Assembly: GCA_963727805.1 (NCBI GenBank)
Contig: CAVSHF010000005.1
Span: forward strand, 800,001 to 864,000
Origin: an uncultured Nitrospiraceae bacterium
GTDB taxonomy: Bacteria > Nitrospirota > Thermodesulfovibrionia > Thermodesulfovibrionales > Dissulfurispiraceae
DNA length: 64,000 bases
Direction of reading: 5' to 3'
Shown piece after piece: positions 21,050 through 30,169 of the stretch; within the stretch, counting starts at the first letter, position 1, and each line of letters starts with the position of its first letter. The position numbers were made by a program, and so were the translations under genes. Under the pieces are notes generated by a model. The model made no database searches and was not told the DNA's origin. It saw only the letters and a list, made by a program, of their open reading frames with translations.

Positions 21050-21679
21050 TCAAGCTACATTAAGCACCCTGTCGCTGCCGGACATCAGCAGTGCATAGAG
21101 TCCTGGCTTTTCGCTCCGGAGCCTGTCTTCGAGTACAATGAGATTCGTAATAGCCGGAACGGTCTTTGATCCCATATACATTTTCGGCTCTCCTATCGGG
21201 ACAAAGTTGAATCCCATCATTATCAGGAGCCTAAAAAACCGGTGATCAGCAGAGATGAAAGCATGACTGGCTCCCGCGATCAGTAGCTTACCAAGCAAGG
21301 CCATGCAGAGTGCCTGGGTGATCTCATGCTTCTTGTACTTCTGATGTTGAGGCACGATAAAGCGCGATACTTCCGCACCAAGAACAATCTTTCCATGAAC
21401 AGACTCAACCAGTTCTTTCGGGTAAAGCTCAAAATGCTTCTCTATCGGCAACGGAATACCCCCTGGCATTATAATCCTTGTGGTTCCCACAGGATTGTCG
21501 TCATCGTCAAAGGCCAGGAAAATAATGCTCTGGCCTGCATCATATTCGTCTTTTTCTTCTGGGACAGCGTAATCCTGAGCAGGAAGCCAGCCGAGATCTC
21601 GGCACATTGTCTCAAACCGTAACCGGTAACTGGACCTCCTCTCTTCCTCTGTCCCTGCAACTGCTACTTTCACAGACAT
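21050..21679 (-). CDS. LuxI/FeeM-like GNAT acyltransferase (N-acyl amino acid or acyl-homoserine lactone synthase superfamily)
   Basis: YRLR.....LGW, EKDEYD, VGTTRI, EVSRF; ATG 21679 has a GAAAGGAAGG RBS. Confidence 0.75.
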   Translation of the reverse strand: MSVKVAVAGTEEERRSSYRLRFETMCRDLGWLPAQDYAVPEEKDEYDAGQSIIFLAFDDDDNPVGTTRIIMPGGIPLPIEKHFELYPKELVESVHGKIVLGAEVSRFIVPQHQKYKKHEITQALCMALLGKLLIAGASHAFISADHRFFRLLIMMGFNFVPIGEPKMYMGSKTVPAITNLIVLEDRLRSEKPGLYALLMSGSDRVLNVA

Positions 21680-22961
21680 ATCGCACCTTCCTTTCGAAAT
21701 CGAGAGCATGTGGGAAACTTTCAAAAGGATGCAAACTCACGCAAACAGGCATTCCGCTGAAGACTTGGCTGAAAAGACGCTGCAAATGAATGTGCGGAGT
21801 GATACTCTCAGCACACTGGATTTCGAGCGACACCGTTTCGCAATTTCTGCTGATAAAGAAATTGCCAGTGGTGCTCGATGCGATCTCAGCGGAAGAAAAA
21901 AGGAGCTCCTTAATTCTCTCAGGATAAATGCCAGCTACGTTCCTGCCCCTCCCAAACTGCGCAAGCACCGGTAATCCGGTGTCATCCACGGGCCTGTACC
22001 CGAGGCTGATCAAGACTGTATTGATGTCACGCCACAATAACTTCTTCCCTTTGTCGCCACTCTTATATCTGATCAGTGGCAGGACCCTATCGGAATCTAT
22101 CGTCGTCAGAAGAATCGAATCGAAGGTTTCCCCCATCTCTTTTACCGTCTCTACAACGAGCGACCGCTCATCATAAGAAAACAGCATCGGGCAGAATGCT
22201 GCCTCCCCGAAAAGGGCCTTCATCAGGCGTCTGTCTTTCACAAGCATTTTTCTCAAGAGGAGCGTCTCGTCGGTCTCGAAAAAATAATTCAGGCCGAGTT
22301 CGGCCATTCCCATCGACGAATAGAGCCGGTTTTGACCTATTATGCCTTCGATATAACGGCGGTATGATTCAGAGATCCATTCACCTCCTGCGACGATAGA
22401 GAGTGGTAAATACTTCCATACAATGGACTGCTCGATGCCGTATTCAATGAGTTTCTTTATGAATAGCGGCTCGCCTGCCAGGATAATCTGCTCAAAGCTG
22501 CTGCCGAGGGATTCGATCGCAGATATCGCAGTGTCCGTCCTTACCCCTATCGATGCGACAGTAACCGATGATGAATGCAGCGATATCGCTCCCGGCAGCA
22601 GGTTGAGGAGAAGCGTCTTTTTGGTATCGGTCTGAAATTTTTTTCTCAGGAACGCCTCTATTGCCACCGATGACTTTCTCATCTCGTCAATCCCAAAAAG
22701 GCCGAAAGAAAACTCGCATCCGGTGGAACCTGAACTCGGTACGATATTCCTGACTTTCAGGAGCGGCACAGTATGGATGGCTTGCGCTATGAAATCTTTA
22801 TCGATGATGGGGAGTTCGCTCAGGTTCTCGAATTTAAGGGGATTGGGCAGCAACCCCTCGACATATTTCCGATAGGCGGGCCACTTCTTTATAACTTTCT
22901 TTACCTGCAAAACAGTCCTGACGTCCACGTCTTCTGTCTTGATATCAATATTCATGACCAA
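21612..22961 (-). CDS. Phenylacetate-CoA ligase-like adenylate-forming enzyme
   Basis: LPIIDK, SSGSTG P-loop, GGEW, YSSMG.AE, PLIRYKSGD. Confidence 0.8.
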   Translation of the reverse strand: MVMNIDIKTEDVDVRTVLQVKKVIKKWPAYRKYVEGLLPNPLKFENLSELPIIDKDFIAQAIHTVPLLKVRNIVPSSGSTGCEFSFGLFGIDEMRKSSVAIEAFLRKKFQTDTKKTLLLNLLPGAISLHSSSVTVASIGVRTDTAISAIESLGSSFEQIILAGEPLFIKKLIEYGIEQSIVWKYLPLSIVAGGEWISESYRRYIEGIIGQNRLYSSMGMAELGLNYFFETDETLLLRKMLVKDRRLMKALFGEAAFCPMLFSYDERSLVVETVKEMGETFDSILLTTIDSDRVLPLIRYKSGDKGKKLLWRDINTVLISLGYRPVDDTGLPVLAQFGRGRNVAGIYPERIKELLFSSAEIASSTTGNFFISRNCETVSLEIQCAESITPHIHLQRLFSQVFSGMPVCVSLHPFESFPHALDFERKVRYVCESSSCRDRGREEVQLPVTV

Positions 22962-22987
22962 ATCTTAGCGGAAAGACGACAGGATTA

Positions 22988-23050
22988 ATACCGCCGTTTG
23001 GAGGATAGGCTGAACTTTTCTGGCAAATGATATCCTCTTTTCGGAGGAGA
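22988..23050. promoter_or_regulatory. Two imperfect 20-bp palindromes (TATCCTC-N6-GAGGATA-like) upstream of the ligase gene
   Basis: ATACCGCCGTTTGGAGGATA (22988-23007) and TATCCTCTTTTCGGAGGAGA (23031-23050). Confidence 0.5.
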
Positions 23051-23064
23051 AAAGGCCGTTTCTG

Positions 23065-23664
23065 CTATTTTCTGAGTGCCATAAAGACCGACGATATCAG
23101 AGAAGCCTTGCTGTTGACATCGAATTTCCCATAAAGGTTTTCAAGGTGCTGCTTGACCGTTGCGGGCTTGATCTGTAGTCTTTCGGCAATGTCGCTGTTT
23201 TCGGTAATCCCTTCCTCAACCATTAGCTTGAGCATATCTTCCTCACGCTTTGTGATGCCTACGGCGATGAGTTTTTCCCATAATATCGGTATGTCTTTTT
23301 GACGTTCCAGCGACTTCGCGACAGCCTTGAGGATCTCTTCTGTCTTGAAAGGTTTGGTGAAATAGTCGATAACGCCTTTCTTTACAGCATCGATCGCACT
23401 GTCGGCACTCGGGTAAGCTGTAATGACAATGATGGCCGTATCAGGACAATTCTCCGAGACATATTTTATGAGTTCTCCCCCTCCCTGACCGGGCATAAGG
23501 AGATCAGTAATCACGACATTATAAAGCCTCTTCTTGAGCAGAGCGATGGCCTCGACGCTGCTTCTCACAGGAGTAGCGGAATAGCCCGAGCTATTGAGGA
23601 TAAACGTGAGGTTCCTTCTTAATACATCTTCGTCTTCGGCAACAAGTATACTGGCCACCATCAC
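23065..23664 (-). CDS. Response regulator with LuxR/GerE-type HTH
   Basis: REC (AEDE, TDLLMP, TKP) plus ITKRE..IAERLQIKPATVKQHLENLYGK. Confidence 0.9.
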   Translation of the reverse strand: MMVASILVAEDEDVLRRNLTFILNSSGYSATPVRSSVEAIALLKKRLYNVVITDLLMPGQGGGELIKYVSENCPDTAIIVITAYPSADSAIDAVKKGVIDYFTKPFKTEEILKAVAKSLERQKDIPILWEKLIAVGITKREEDMLKLMVEEGITENSDIAERLQIKPATVKQHLENLYGKFDVNSKASLISSVFMALRK

Positions 23665-25505
23665 TCCTTTTTCAAGAGGACAGTTACTCTCGTCCCCTTG
23701 TCTTCTTCATTGCTGATTGAGATATCTCCGCCGTACTTCTTGACTATCTCTCTGCTGACGGAGAGGCCAAGTCCCGTACCCTCTGCTTTTGACGTATAGA
23801 GCGGCGAACCAATCAGGGGCAGCCTGTCTGGCGGCACACCACAGCCCGAATCGACAACGTCGATTCTGATATAATCTCCCATCTCACCTGTTATGATCTC
23901 GATAGTGTTCGAGGTGGAGAGTTCCATCGACTCCTCAGCATTCTTCATGAGATTCAGCAGGACCTGCTTTATATGTCCGGGATAGCAGGGGATAGAAGGC
24001 AGACCGGGCGATAGACTAGCGGTAACAAGGATACCCTTTCCGTTCAGCCGCCGCCTGGCTATGGAGATGATCTTCATGATTTCGGTGTTGATATCGACCG
24101 ACTGGAGCACGGCATTGTCAGCTCGATAAACCTCCAAGATCCCCTTCACGATACCCGACATCCTGTCGATCTCTTCATGGACGTCCTTGAGCACATCATG
24201 CCGATACTGGCGGTCGATCTTTATCCTGTCCAGAATAAAGAGGGCAGTTTCGATATTGGCGAGGGAATTGTTGATCTCATGCGCGATCTCTGCGGCAACT
24301 ATCCCCTTGGCGGCAAAACGCTCAGCTTCGAGCAGACGTGTCGCCATTTCCTTTTCGGCGGTAATATCTCGTGCGATAACCATAAGACCCTTTACTTCGC
24401 CGTCTTCCTTGATGGTGGTTTGGTTGGTTGAGAGAAGAAGGCGACCCGAGTCCTTTTTGATGACCTCAAGTTCAAAAACCGTTGCGGTACCTAGAAGGCT
24501 TTCGCTGAATATCTTCTCCGCTTCCTTTCGATACGCCTCATCAACAAAACAAAGAAAGTGTTTGCCCCTGATCTCTTCATGAGAATATCCTGTCAGTTCC
24601 AAACCTGTTCTGTTCATCAATACAATGATCCCATCAGTATCAACAAAGCAGATCATGTCTGATGCGCTCTCCAGCAAATTGCGGTATTGCTCCTCCGACT
24701 TATATATCCGCTCGTAGGCTTCCTCGAGTTTTGCGTGGTTCTCCTCAAGATGGGCTAGCGCCTCCTGCAGGACCTTTTCCTTTCCTGGAAGTCTGCTGAA
24801 CAATCTTCTTTTTGACTCCTGCCACTGCAGGCGAAAAATACAGCTGTGTGCCCCGAAACCTGTCCTGCCGAGAGTGAACACCCCCGATTCAGGAATTCTG
24901 CCCAGCGGCGTCCAATCGCCTTTATCAGCTCCTGTTTCGACTACCGTTCCCGAATCGTTTATGGAATAATATTTCCCCTTATGCTTTCCGAGCTGATCCA
25001 CGGGTACAACACACTGCATTTCTATAACCGATGTCGGCCCCATACCGAACAACTCTGAGGTGAGACTGAAGAGTCCCTGATTGAAGAGACACGCCCCCCT
25101 CGTCTGCTTACCCCGGATTTTAAGCTCTACGGTTGCATGGCATGTCCCCACATCGATGACAGCAATGTTGACAATATCCTTGGTGAGAAAACGCGCGATC
25201 TTCGGGGCATACCTGATAAGACGTTCTGGCGTCATGAACATGTTGAAAACAATATTGACCATGCCAAGAGATTTGAGGGAGATTACGCTCCTGCCGATCT
25301 CAAACATAATGCGCTCATCGTCAAAGAGCCGTACCAGTCTCTCTTCAAGGATACGCTCAGTATCCCATGGGACCCAGTTATTAGGATCGGAAAGAAATCC
25401 TTCGTCGTAGGGCAAGCCTGCAAGGAGCGGCGAAAGGAATTCGGGTCTAGTGTGTTTTACGTACTCGAGAAAACTACTCGTTATCTTGCAGCTGATCTCG
25501 TTCAC
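23661..25505 (-). CDS. Cytoplasmic PAS sensor histidine kinase with an uncharacterised N-terminal domain of about 230 aa
   Basis: PAS, AHEINNSL H-box, NLMKNA, DSGCG, GTGLGL; no TM helix seen. Confidence 0.9.
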   Translation of the reverse strand: MNEISCKITSSFLEYVKHTRPEFLSPLLAGLPYDEGFLSDPNNWVPWDTERILEERLVRLFDDERIMFEIGRSVISLKSLGMVNIVFNMFMTPERLIRYAPKIARFLTKDIVNIAVIDVGTCHATVELKIRGKQTRGACLFNQGLFSLTSELFGMGPTSVIEMQCVVPVDQLGKHKGKYYSINDSGTVVETGADKGDWTPLGRIPESGVFTLGRTGFGAHSCIFRLQWQESKRRLFSRLPGKEKVLQEALAHLEENHAKLEEAYERIYKSEEQYRNLLESASDMICFVDTDGIIVLMNRTGLELTGYSHEEIRGKHFLCFVDEAYRKEAEKIFSESLLGTATVFELEVIKKDSGRLLLSTNQTTIKEDGEVKGLMVIARDITAEKEMATRLLEAERFAAKGIVAAEIAHEINNSLANIETALFILDRIKIDRQYRHDVLKDVHEEIDRMSGIVKGILEVYRADNAVLQSVDINTEIMKIISIARRRLNGKGILVTASLSPGLPSIPCYPGHIKQVLLNLMKNAEESMELSTSNTIEIITGEMGDYIRIDVVDSGCGVPPDRLPLIGSPLYTSKAEGTGLGLSVSREIVKKYGGDISISNEEDKGTRVTVLLKKE

Positions 25506-25711
25506 ACCAGAACACAGCTCAAATGAATAATTTCAGACAATACGATTTCTGCATATGGATGTCGCAAACGGCTGTCCCTTCTCAAAGACTTTTATTAAAA
25601 TTATAAAGGTTTTCAATCCCAAATTGATATGCCCTTGACTCACGGAAAAGGTATTGAATACAATCAAGACCAAAGAAATATAAAAATAGGAGCCGAAAGG
25701 AGGAGTCCGCA

Positions 25712-26206
25712 ATGAGCGAAAAGGAAAAGGAATCTCTGGAAGAGTCGCTAGGAGGATACAAGGAAAAAATCTTACCCATTAATAAGGCAACTCTGACATG
25801 GGATAAGGACCTTATCTTCGTGGGCAGGACGCAGGAGGGGTATGAAATCGATTTCGACGCCCATGTCCAGTGGGGATGCAAGCCGACGGATGCTCTACTC
25901 CTTGCTCTCGCCGGCTGCATGGCTATCGACATCGTCATGTTCCTGCAAAAGATGCGAATGAAACTCGCCACTTTTAAGATCGATATCATGGGAGAGAGAA
26001 ATCCGACACCGCCGCAGTTCTACAAAGCCATCGAGATGGTACTTAATATAGCCGGGAAAGACCTCGAAGCCAAAAAAATAGAGCGGGCCATCTCACTCTC
26101 TCACGAGAAATATTGCTCCGTTTACAATTCTTTGAGGAAAGATATGGAGGTCAGAGTGCGGTACGTGCTTGAAGAAAAGGAGCCAGAGGAAAAGAGCGAC
26201 CATTGA
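25712..26206 (+). CDS. OsmC/YhfA family protein
   Basis: LLLALAGC..IDIV and EKYCSV. Confidence 0.88.
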   Translation: MSEKEKESLEESLGGYKEKILPINKATLTWDKDLIFVGRTQEGYEIDFDAHVQWGCKPTDALLLALAGCMAIDIVMFLQKMRMKLATFKIDIMGERNPTPPQFYKAIEMVLNIAGKDLEAKKIERAISLSHEKYCSVYNSLRKDMEVRVRYVLEEKEPEEKSDH

Positions 26207-26898
26207 GGCCATACGGGATCATGGTCCCCACCTTGGTGGAGGCCGAAATTCTTATCCGCAGCATAGCGGAAAGGGAAGAAGTCGTCATTCAAGGCAAGCC
26301 ATTTCATAAAGGGCTGCTGAAAGACAGGCCCTTAGTCATCTGTCTCTGCGGTATTGGAAAAACCAATGCCGCCCACGGCGCCACTCTACTGCTCGAAAGA
26401 TTTCACCCCACGTTTATCTGCGTAATCGGCGTAGCCGGGGCTTACCCCTCGGCTGGCTTGACAATCGGCGACATCGTCGTTGGTGAGAAAGAGATTTACG
26501 GGGATGAGGGTCTTCTGCTCGAAACAGGGCTTGAGACGATGAACGCAATCGGGCTGCCCCTTGTTGACATTGGAACCGTCCACTGCTTCAATGAGTTTCC
26601 GCTCCATATGCCGGAGGAGTTAAGAGGTCACCGACACAAAGGCGTTTTTGTCACCGTATCAGCATGCACAGGTACATTGAAACGAGGCAGGGAGATTGAG
26701 ACAAGGTTCGGGGCTCTCTGCGAAAACATGGAAGGCGCTGCAGTCGCCCACGTATGCCTGCTAAACAATGTCCGCGCCACCGAAATAAGAGGCATCAGCA
26801 ATGTCATCGAAAACCGCGCAGGAAAGCCGCTTGACAAGTCCGCAATTGTTGAGGCTGCGCACAAGGTCCAGACATTTTTTCTGAAGAGAATGCTTTAA
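26203..26898 (+). CDS. mqnB: Futalosine hydrolase
   Basis: GIGKTNAA, GVAGAY, TVSACTG, ENMEGAAVAHV, RGISN. Confidence 0.85.
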   Translation: MRPYGIMVPTLVEAEILIRSIAEREEVVIQGKPFHKGLLKDRPLVICLCGIGKTNAAHGATLLLERFHPTFICVIGVAGAYPSAGLTIGDIVVGEKEIYGDEGLLLETGLETMNAIGLPLVDIGTVHCFNEFPLHMPEELRGHRHKGVFVTVSACTGTLKRGREIETRFGALCENMEGAAVAHVCLLNNVRATEIRGISNVIENRAGKPLDKSAIVEAAHKVQTFFLKRML

Positions 26899-27408
26899 TT
26901 AAGCCTGAGACGATATTGGGGGACTTGCCTGTCCCTTGAGCTGAGATACGATCTTCTGCACACCCTCGACGTAGTTGCGATAATTTTCCCCAGCATGCTG
27001 CATGAAGCCTTCATAGGCCTTGATAGTTTCATCAACGAGGCCCTTTTTGTTATACGCTATGCCGAGATTATAGTAGGCTTCTGCAATTTCGGGATTCAGA
27101 TTGACAGCCTTCGTTAGTTCCTCGATCGCCTCATCCACGAGTCCCTTGTTCAGCAGCACTAGGCCAAGATTGGCATGGGCAAGGGGAAAGTTTTGTTCGA
27201 TGTGCAGGGCATTCCTGAATTCCTCAATCGCCTCATCAAAGCGACTCTGATTAAAAAGCGCAAGCCCCATATTATTGTAGGCTTCCGCAAACTCAGCGTT
27301 GTTCTTCAGTGCTTCCTTAAACTCCGCGATCGCGGCATCGAGACGGTTATCCTGCATGGCGATATTACCGAGTTCGAAGTGGTCGACTTCATTATTCTGA
27401 TCGGTCAT
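26899..27408 (-). CDS. TPR repeat protein
   Basis: Repeats of AY.NLG.A....G..DEAI. Confidence 0.88.
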   Translation of the reverse strand: MTDQNNEVDHFELGNIAMQDNRLDAAIAEFKEALKNNAEFAEAYNNMGLALFNQSRFDEAIEEFRNALHIEQNFPLAHANLGLVLLNKGLVDEAIEELTKAVNLNPEIAEAYYNLGIAYNKKGLVDETIKAYEGFMQHAGENYRNYVEGVQKIVSQLKGQASPPISSQA

Positions 27409-27498
27409 TAAACGCTCCTCTCAACTTGGAAATGATTTGTCATTGCATTATATCATCAATGCCTAGCGAATGCGTAGTCTCTTCAGGGATCAAGCAGC

Positions 27499-29046
27499 TC
27501 AGGAGGAGACAATCTTTTCTTCCCAACGCACCGGGAAATAGATACGTACCGTCGTACCTTTACCAGGCTCACTATCGACGGTGATCTCGCCGAGGTGCTC
27601 GGTGACAATCTGGCGCACAAGCGGCAGGCCCATGCCAAAGCCGTACTGTTTGGTGCTAAACAAGGGGTTGAATATTTGCTTGGCCACATCAGATGGGATA
27701 CCCTTGCCGTTATCTGTCACGGTAACAAGGATATGCTCTTTTTTCCTTTCCGCCAGCACAGAAATAGTGCCACCCGGTGGAGTCGATTCGAGGGCATTTC
27801 TGAGAACATGAAAGAAGGCAGCCTTAATGAGGTTCTTCTGCATATTGATTGGAAGCTGTCCCTCCGGCAATAAAACTCGTATCGTAACGCGCCGTTCACG
27901 CGTTTCGTATTCCATAGCATCTACAACTGTACTGATGACGGCCTTCAGATCCTCGAATTTGAACATGCCACGCTTGGCCTTGAAGAATGCTTCGAATTGT
28001 TCTACGATGGCTTCGAGCTTCTTGCACTCATCTGCCATGTCCCGAACTGTCTCTTCGGCCTTACCCGTGACCTGACCCTTCTCGATCATACGGCGGCAAG
28101 CGCCGCCCATAAAGAAGGCTGGATTACGCACTCTGTCAGCTACAGTCAGTCCCATAAGGGCCATAGTCCTCTCCGCCACGAGAGTGCCGATATCCTCATT
28201 GAGTTCCGTAAGTGTTGAGTTTATCCTCTGGATTTCTCGACGTTGCTCAGCCATTTTCAGATAGATTTGATAGGCTCGGATAAAGAAGAGGCTGACGCAT
28301 CCAACACCAAGAATGGCAACAGTGTTAAGACTTCCACTGTAAGGCTGGATAAACAGCCAGATATCATTATGCTCCGTAGAAATGAGGACATGCTGTACTA
28401 TATGCCCGAAGGACCTGGATATCGAATAAATGAGATACGATGTTGAGAGCCAGATCATATAGCTCCAAAGGGCGTTATCCTTGTCCCTCCGAAAAAGTCT
28501 GCTGCTCTCCAGAAGACTCAGCGAGGCAAGAACCATAAAGATAACTGTACCGGCGATATCTGAAATGAGAATAGGAAGAAACGGAATATAGGCTGGGGAG
28601 ACCGGCGCCTCGTGTTCCTCACGCCTATGCTCCCTAAGCCCGAGATAAAAAAGGAGCATGGCGATATCGAGAAGAATCTGGTCCATGCGCGATGCATACA
28701 AAAAATAATCCCATCCCTCAATAACTGCGATCCGTTGAAAATAGTTCCATCCCTCCGTTTCACCGATAATCCAGAGATCTGAGAACCGACCCAGAAAGAC
28801 GAGCACATCCCACAGGATGAAGACGATCACCGAATAGAAGGAATAGCGCCAGCCCTTCTGCAGGTATAGGCGATTCTTTACCATGAGACTCAAAACTGCA
28901 ACAAAAGCGACAAGGAGAAAAAAACGCCCAATCTGATGCGTATAAAGGGCCGGATACTCCTGTGGAACATAGCCCCATGCATTCATTGGCAGAAAAATAA
29001 GAAAGAAGACAATAATGGCTCGTTTCATGATCTTTGGCGCTGACAA
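27499..29046 (-). CDS. Multi-pass membrane histidine-kinase-like protein lacking the phosphoacceptor His
   Basis: About 7-8 hydrophobic helices; HATPase boxes RNALES, DNGKGI, FSTK, GMGL; H-box reads ADRVRNP. Confidence 0.85.
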   Translation of the reverse strand: MSAPKIMKRAIIVFFLIFLPMNAWGYVPQEYPALYTHQIGRFFLLVAFVAVLSLMVKNRLYLQKGWRYSFYSVIVFILWDVLVFLGRFSDLWIIGETEGWNYFQRIAVIEGWDYFLYASRMDQILLDIAMLLFYLGLREHRREEHEAPVSPAYIPFLPILISDIAGTVIFMVLASLSLLESSRLFRRDKDNALWSYMIWLSTSYLIYSISRSFGHIVQHVLISTEHNDIWLFIQPYSGSLNTVAILGVGCVSLFFIRAYQIYLKMAEQRREIQRINSTLTELNEDIGTLVAERTMALMGLTVADRVRNPAFFMGGACRRMIEKGQVTGKAEETVRDMADECKKLEAIVEQFEAFFKAKRGMFKFEDLKAVISTVVDAMEYETRERRVTIRVLLPEGQLPINMQKNLIKAAFFHVLRNALESTPPGGTISVLAERKKEHILVTVTDNGKGIPSDVAKQIFNPLFSTKQYGFGMGLPLVRQIVTEHLGEITVDSEPGKGTTVRIYFPVRWEEKIVSS

Positions 29047-29228
29047 ACCTCAAGAATATTTTTTCTCGAGAAGTCGTTCCTTCATAAACCTTTTTTTCAG
29101 CATATAAATATTTTCACTATTATACCACTATCTCTTAACCCTCATTATACAAACGCCATATATATGAATGTCAGACTGGCATCAGCCCTCCTCTTGACAG
29201 GGGGCGAAACAATCATTATTGTAGATTA

Positions 29229-29918
29229 ATGCAGCTTATCCTTTTCGATATTGACGGCACACTCGTAGACTCAGGGGGTGCCGGCGTCCGTTCTCTCGAT
29301 CACGCTTTTAAAGAAATACTCTCGATTGAAAACGCCTTTAGAGAAATCAGCATGGCAGGCAAGACAGACCTCCAGATCGTGAAGGAAGGTCTATCAGCAC
29401 ATGGATTATGTTCAGCTAACGGCTTGGTCCCTCGCATAACCGATGCTTATATTCGTCACCTTGAGAGAGAGATACAGAGCAGCGACAAGCACCTAAAGCC
29501 CGGAATCATAGATGCCCTCGAGGCGGTAAAGAACCGGGGCGACCGTTATCAACTCGGTCTTCTCACAGGGAACCTCGAGCAGGGAGCGCGGATAAAACTC
29601 AGTGTTTTCGACCTTAATGAATATTTTCTGACAGGAGCTTTCGGCAGTGATCATGAGGACAGAAACAAGCTTCTCCCGATTGCCATCCACCGTTTCAACA
29701 CCGTTTCCGGAAGGCACTTCGCTTTTTCGGATTGTATCGTCATTGGCGACACGCCGCTCGATGTCATGTGTGCAAGACCTTATGACGCTGTGTGCATCGC
29801 TGTTGCGACCGGCCCTTATGGAGCAGGTAGCCTCGTTGAGGCAGGTGCTGATGTTGTCGTGGAAGACCTCTCCGACACTGAGCATTTTCTGAATATCCTC
29901 CATTTCCTCGAAAATTAA
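29229..29918 (+). CDS. HAD family hydrolase
   Basis: LFDIDGTL, LTGN, IGDTPLD. Confidence 0.9.
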   Translation: MQLILFDIDGTLVDSGGAGVRSLDHAFKEILSIENAFREISMAGKTDLQIVKEGLSAHGLCSANGLVPRITDAYIRHLEREIQSSDKHLKPGIIDALEAVKNRGDRYQLGLLTGNLEQGARIKLSVFDLNEYFLTGAFGSDHEDRNKLLPIAIHRFNTVSGRHFAFSDCIVIGDTPLDVMCARPYDAVCIAVATGPYGAGSLVEAGADVVVEDLSDTEHFLNILHFLEN

Positions 29919-30169
29919 CAGATGCAATTCCACGCCAAACAGGACGTATATCTTGAAAATTAATCATTAATCCTTTTACGACCGATTCACAATTCTTTGC
30001 AATGCTTAAAACAAGGTTACTCACAAGCAGAAAGGAGAACGACCATGACATGCCTCTTAATGATATGCGTGGGAAGGAAACTCAGGCAAGAGCGCTAAGA
30101 TTACTGGCGTTTAAGAGGAAGGCCTTGCAAGTGTACGATAAAACAGTTCGGCCTCATTATTAGCAAGCA

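Noticed and set aside
25712..26206. OsmC as a selenoprotein, given selC
   Set aside because: All Cys positions are TGC and there is no in-frame TGA
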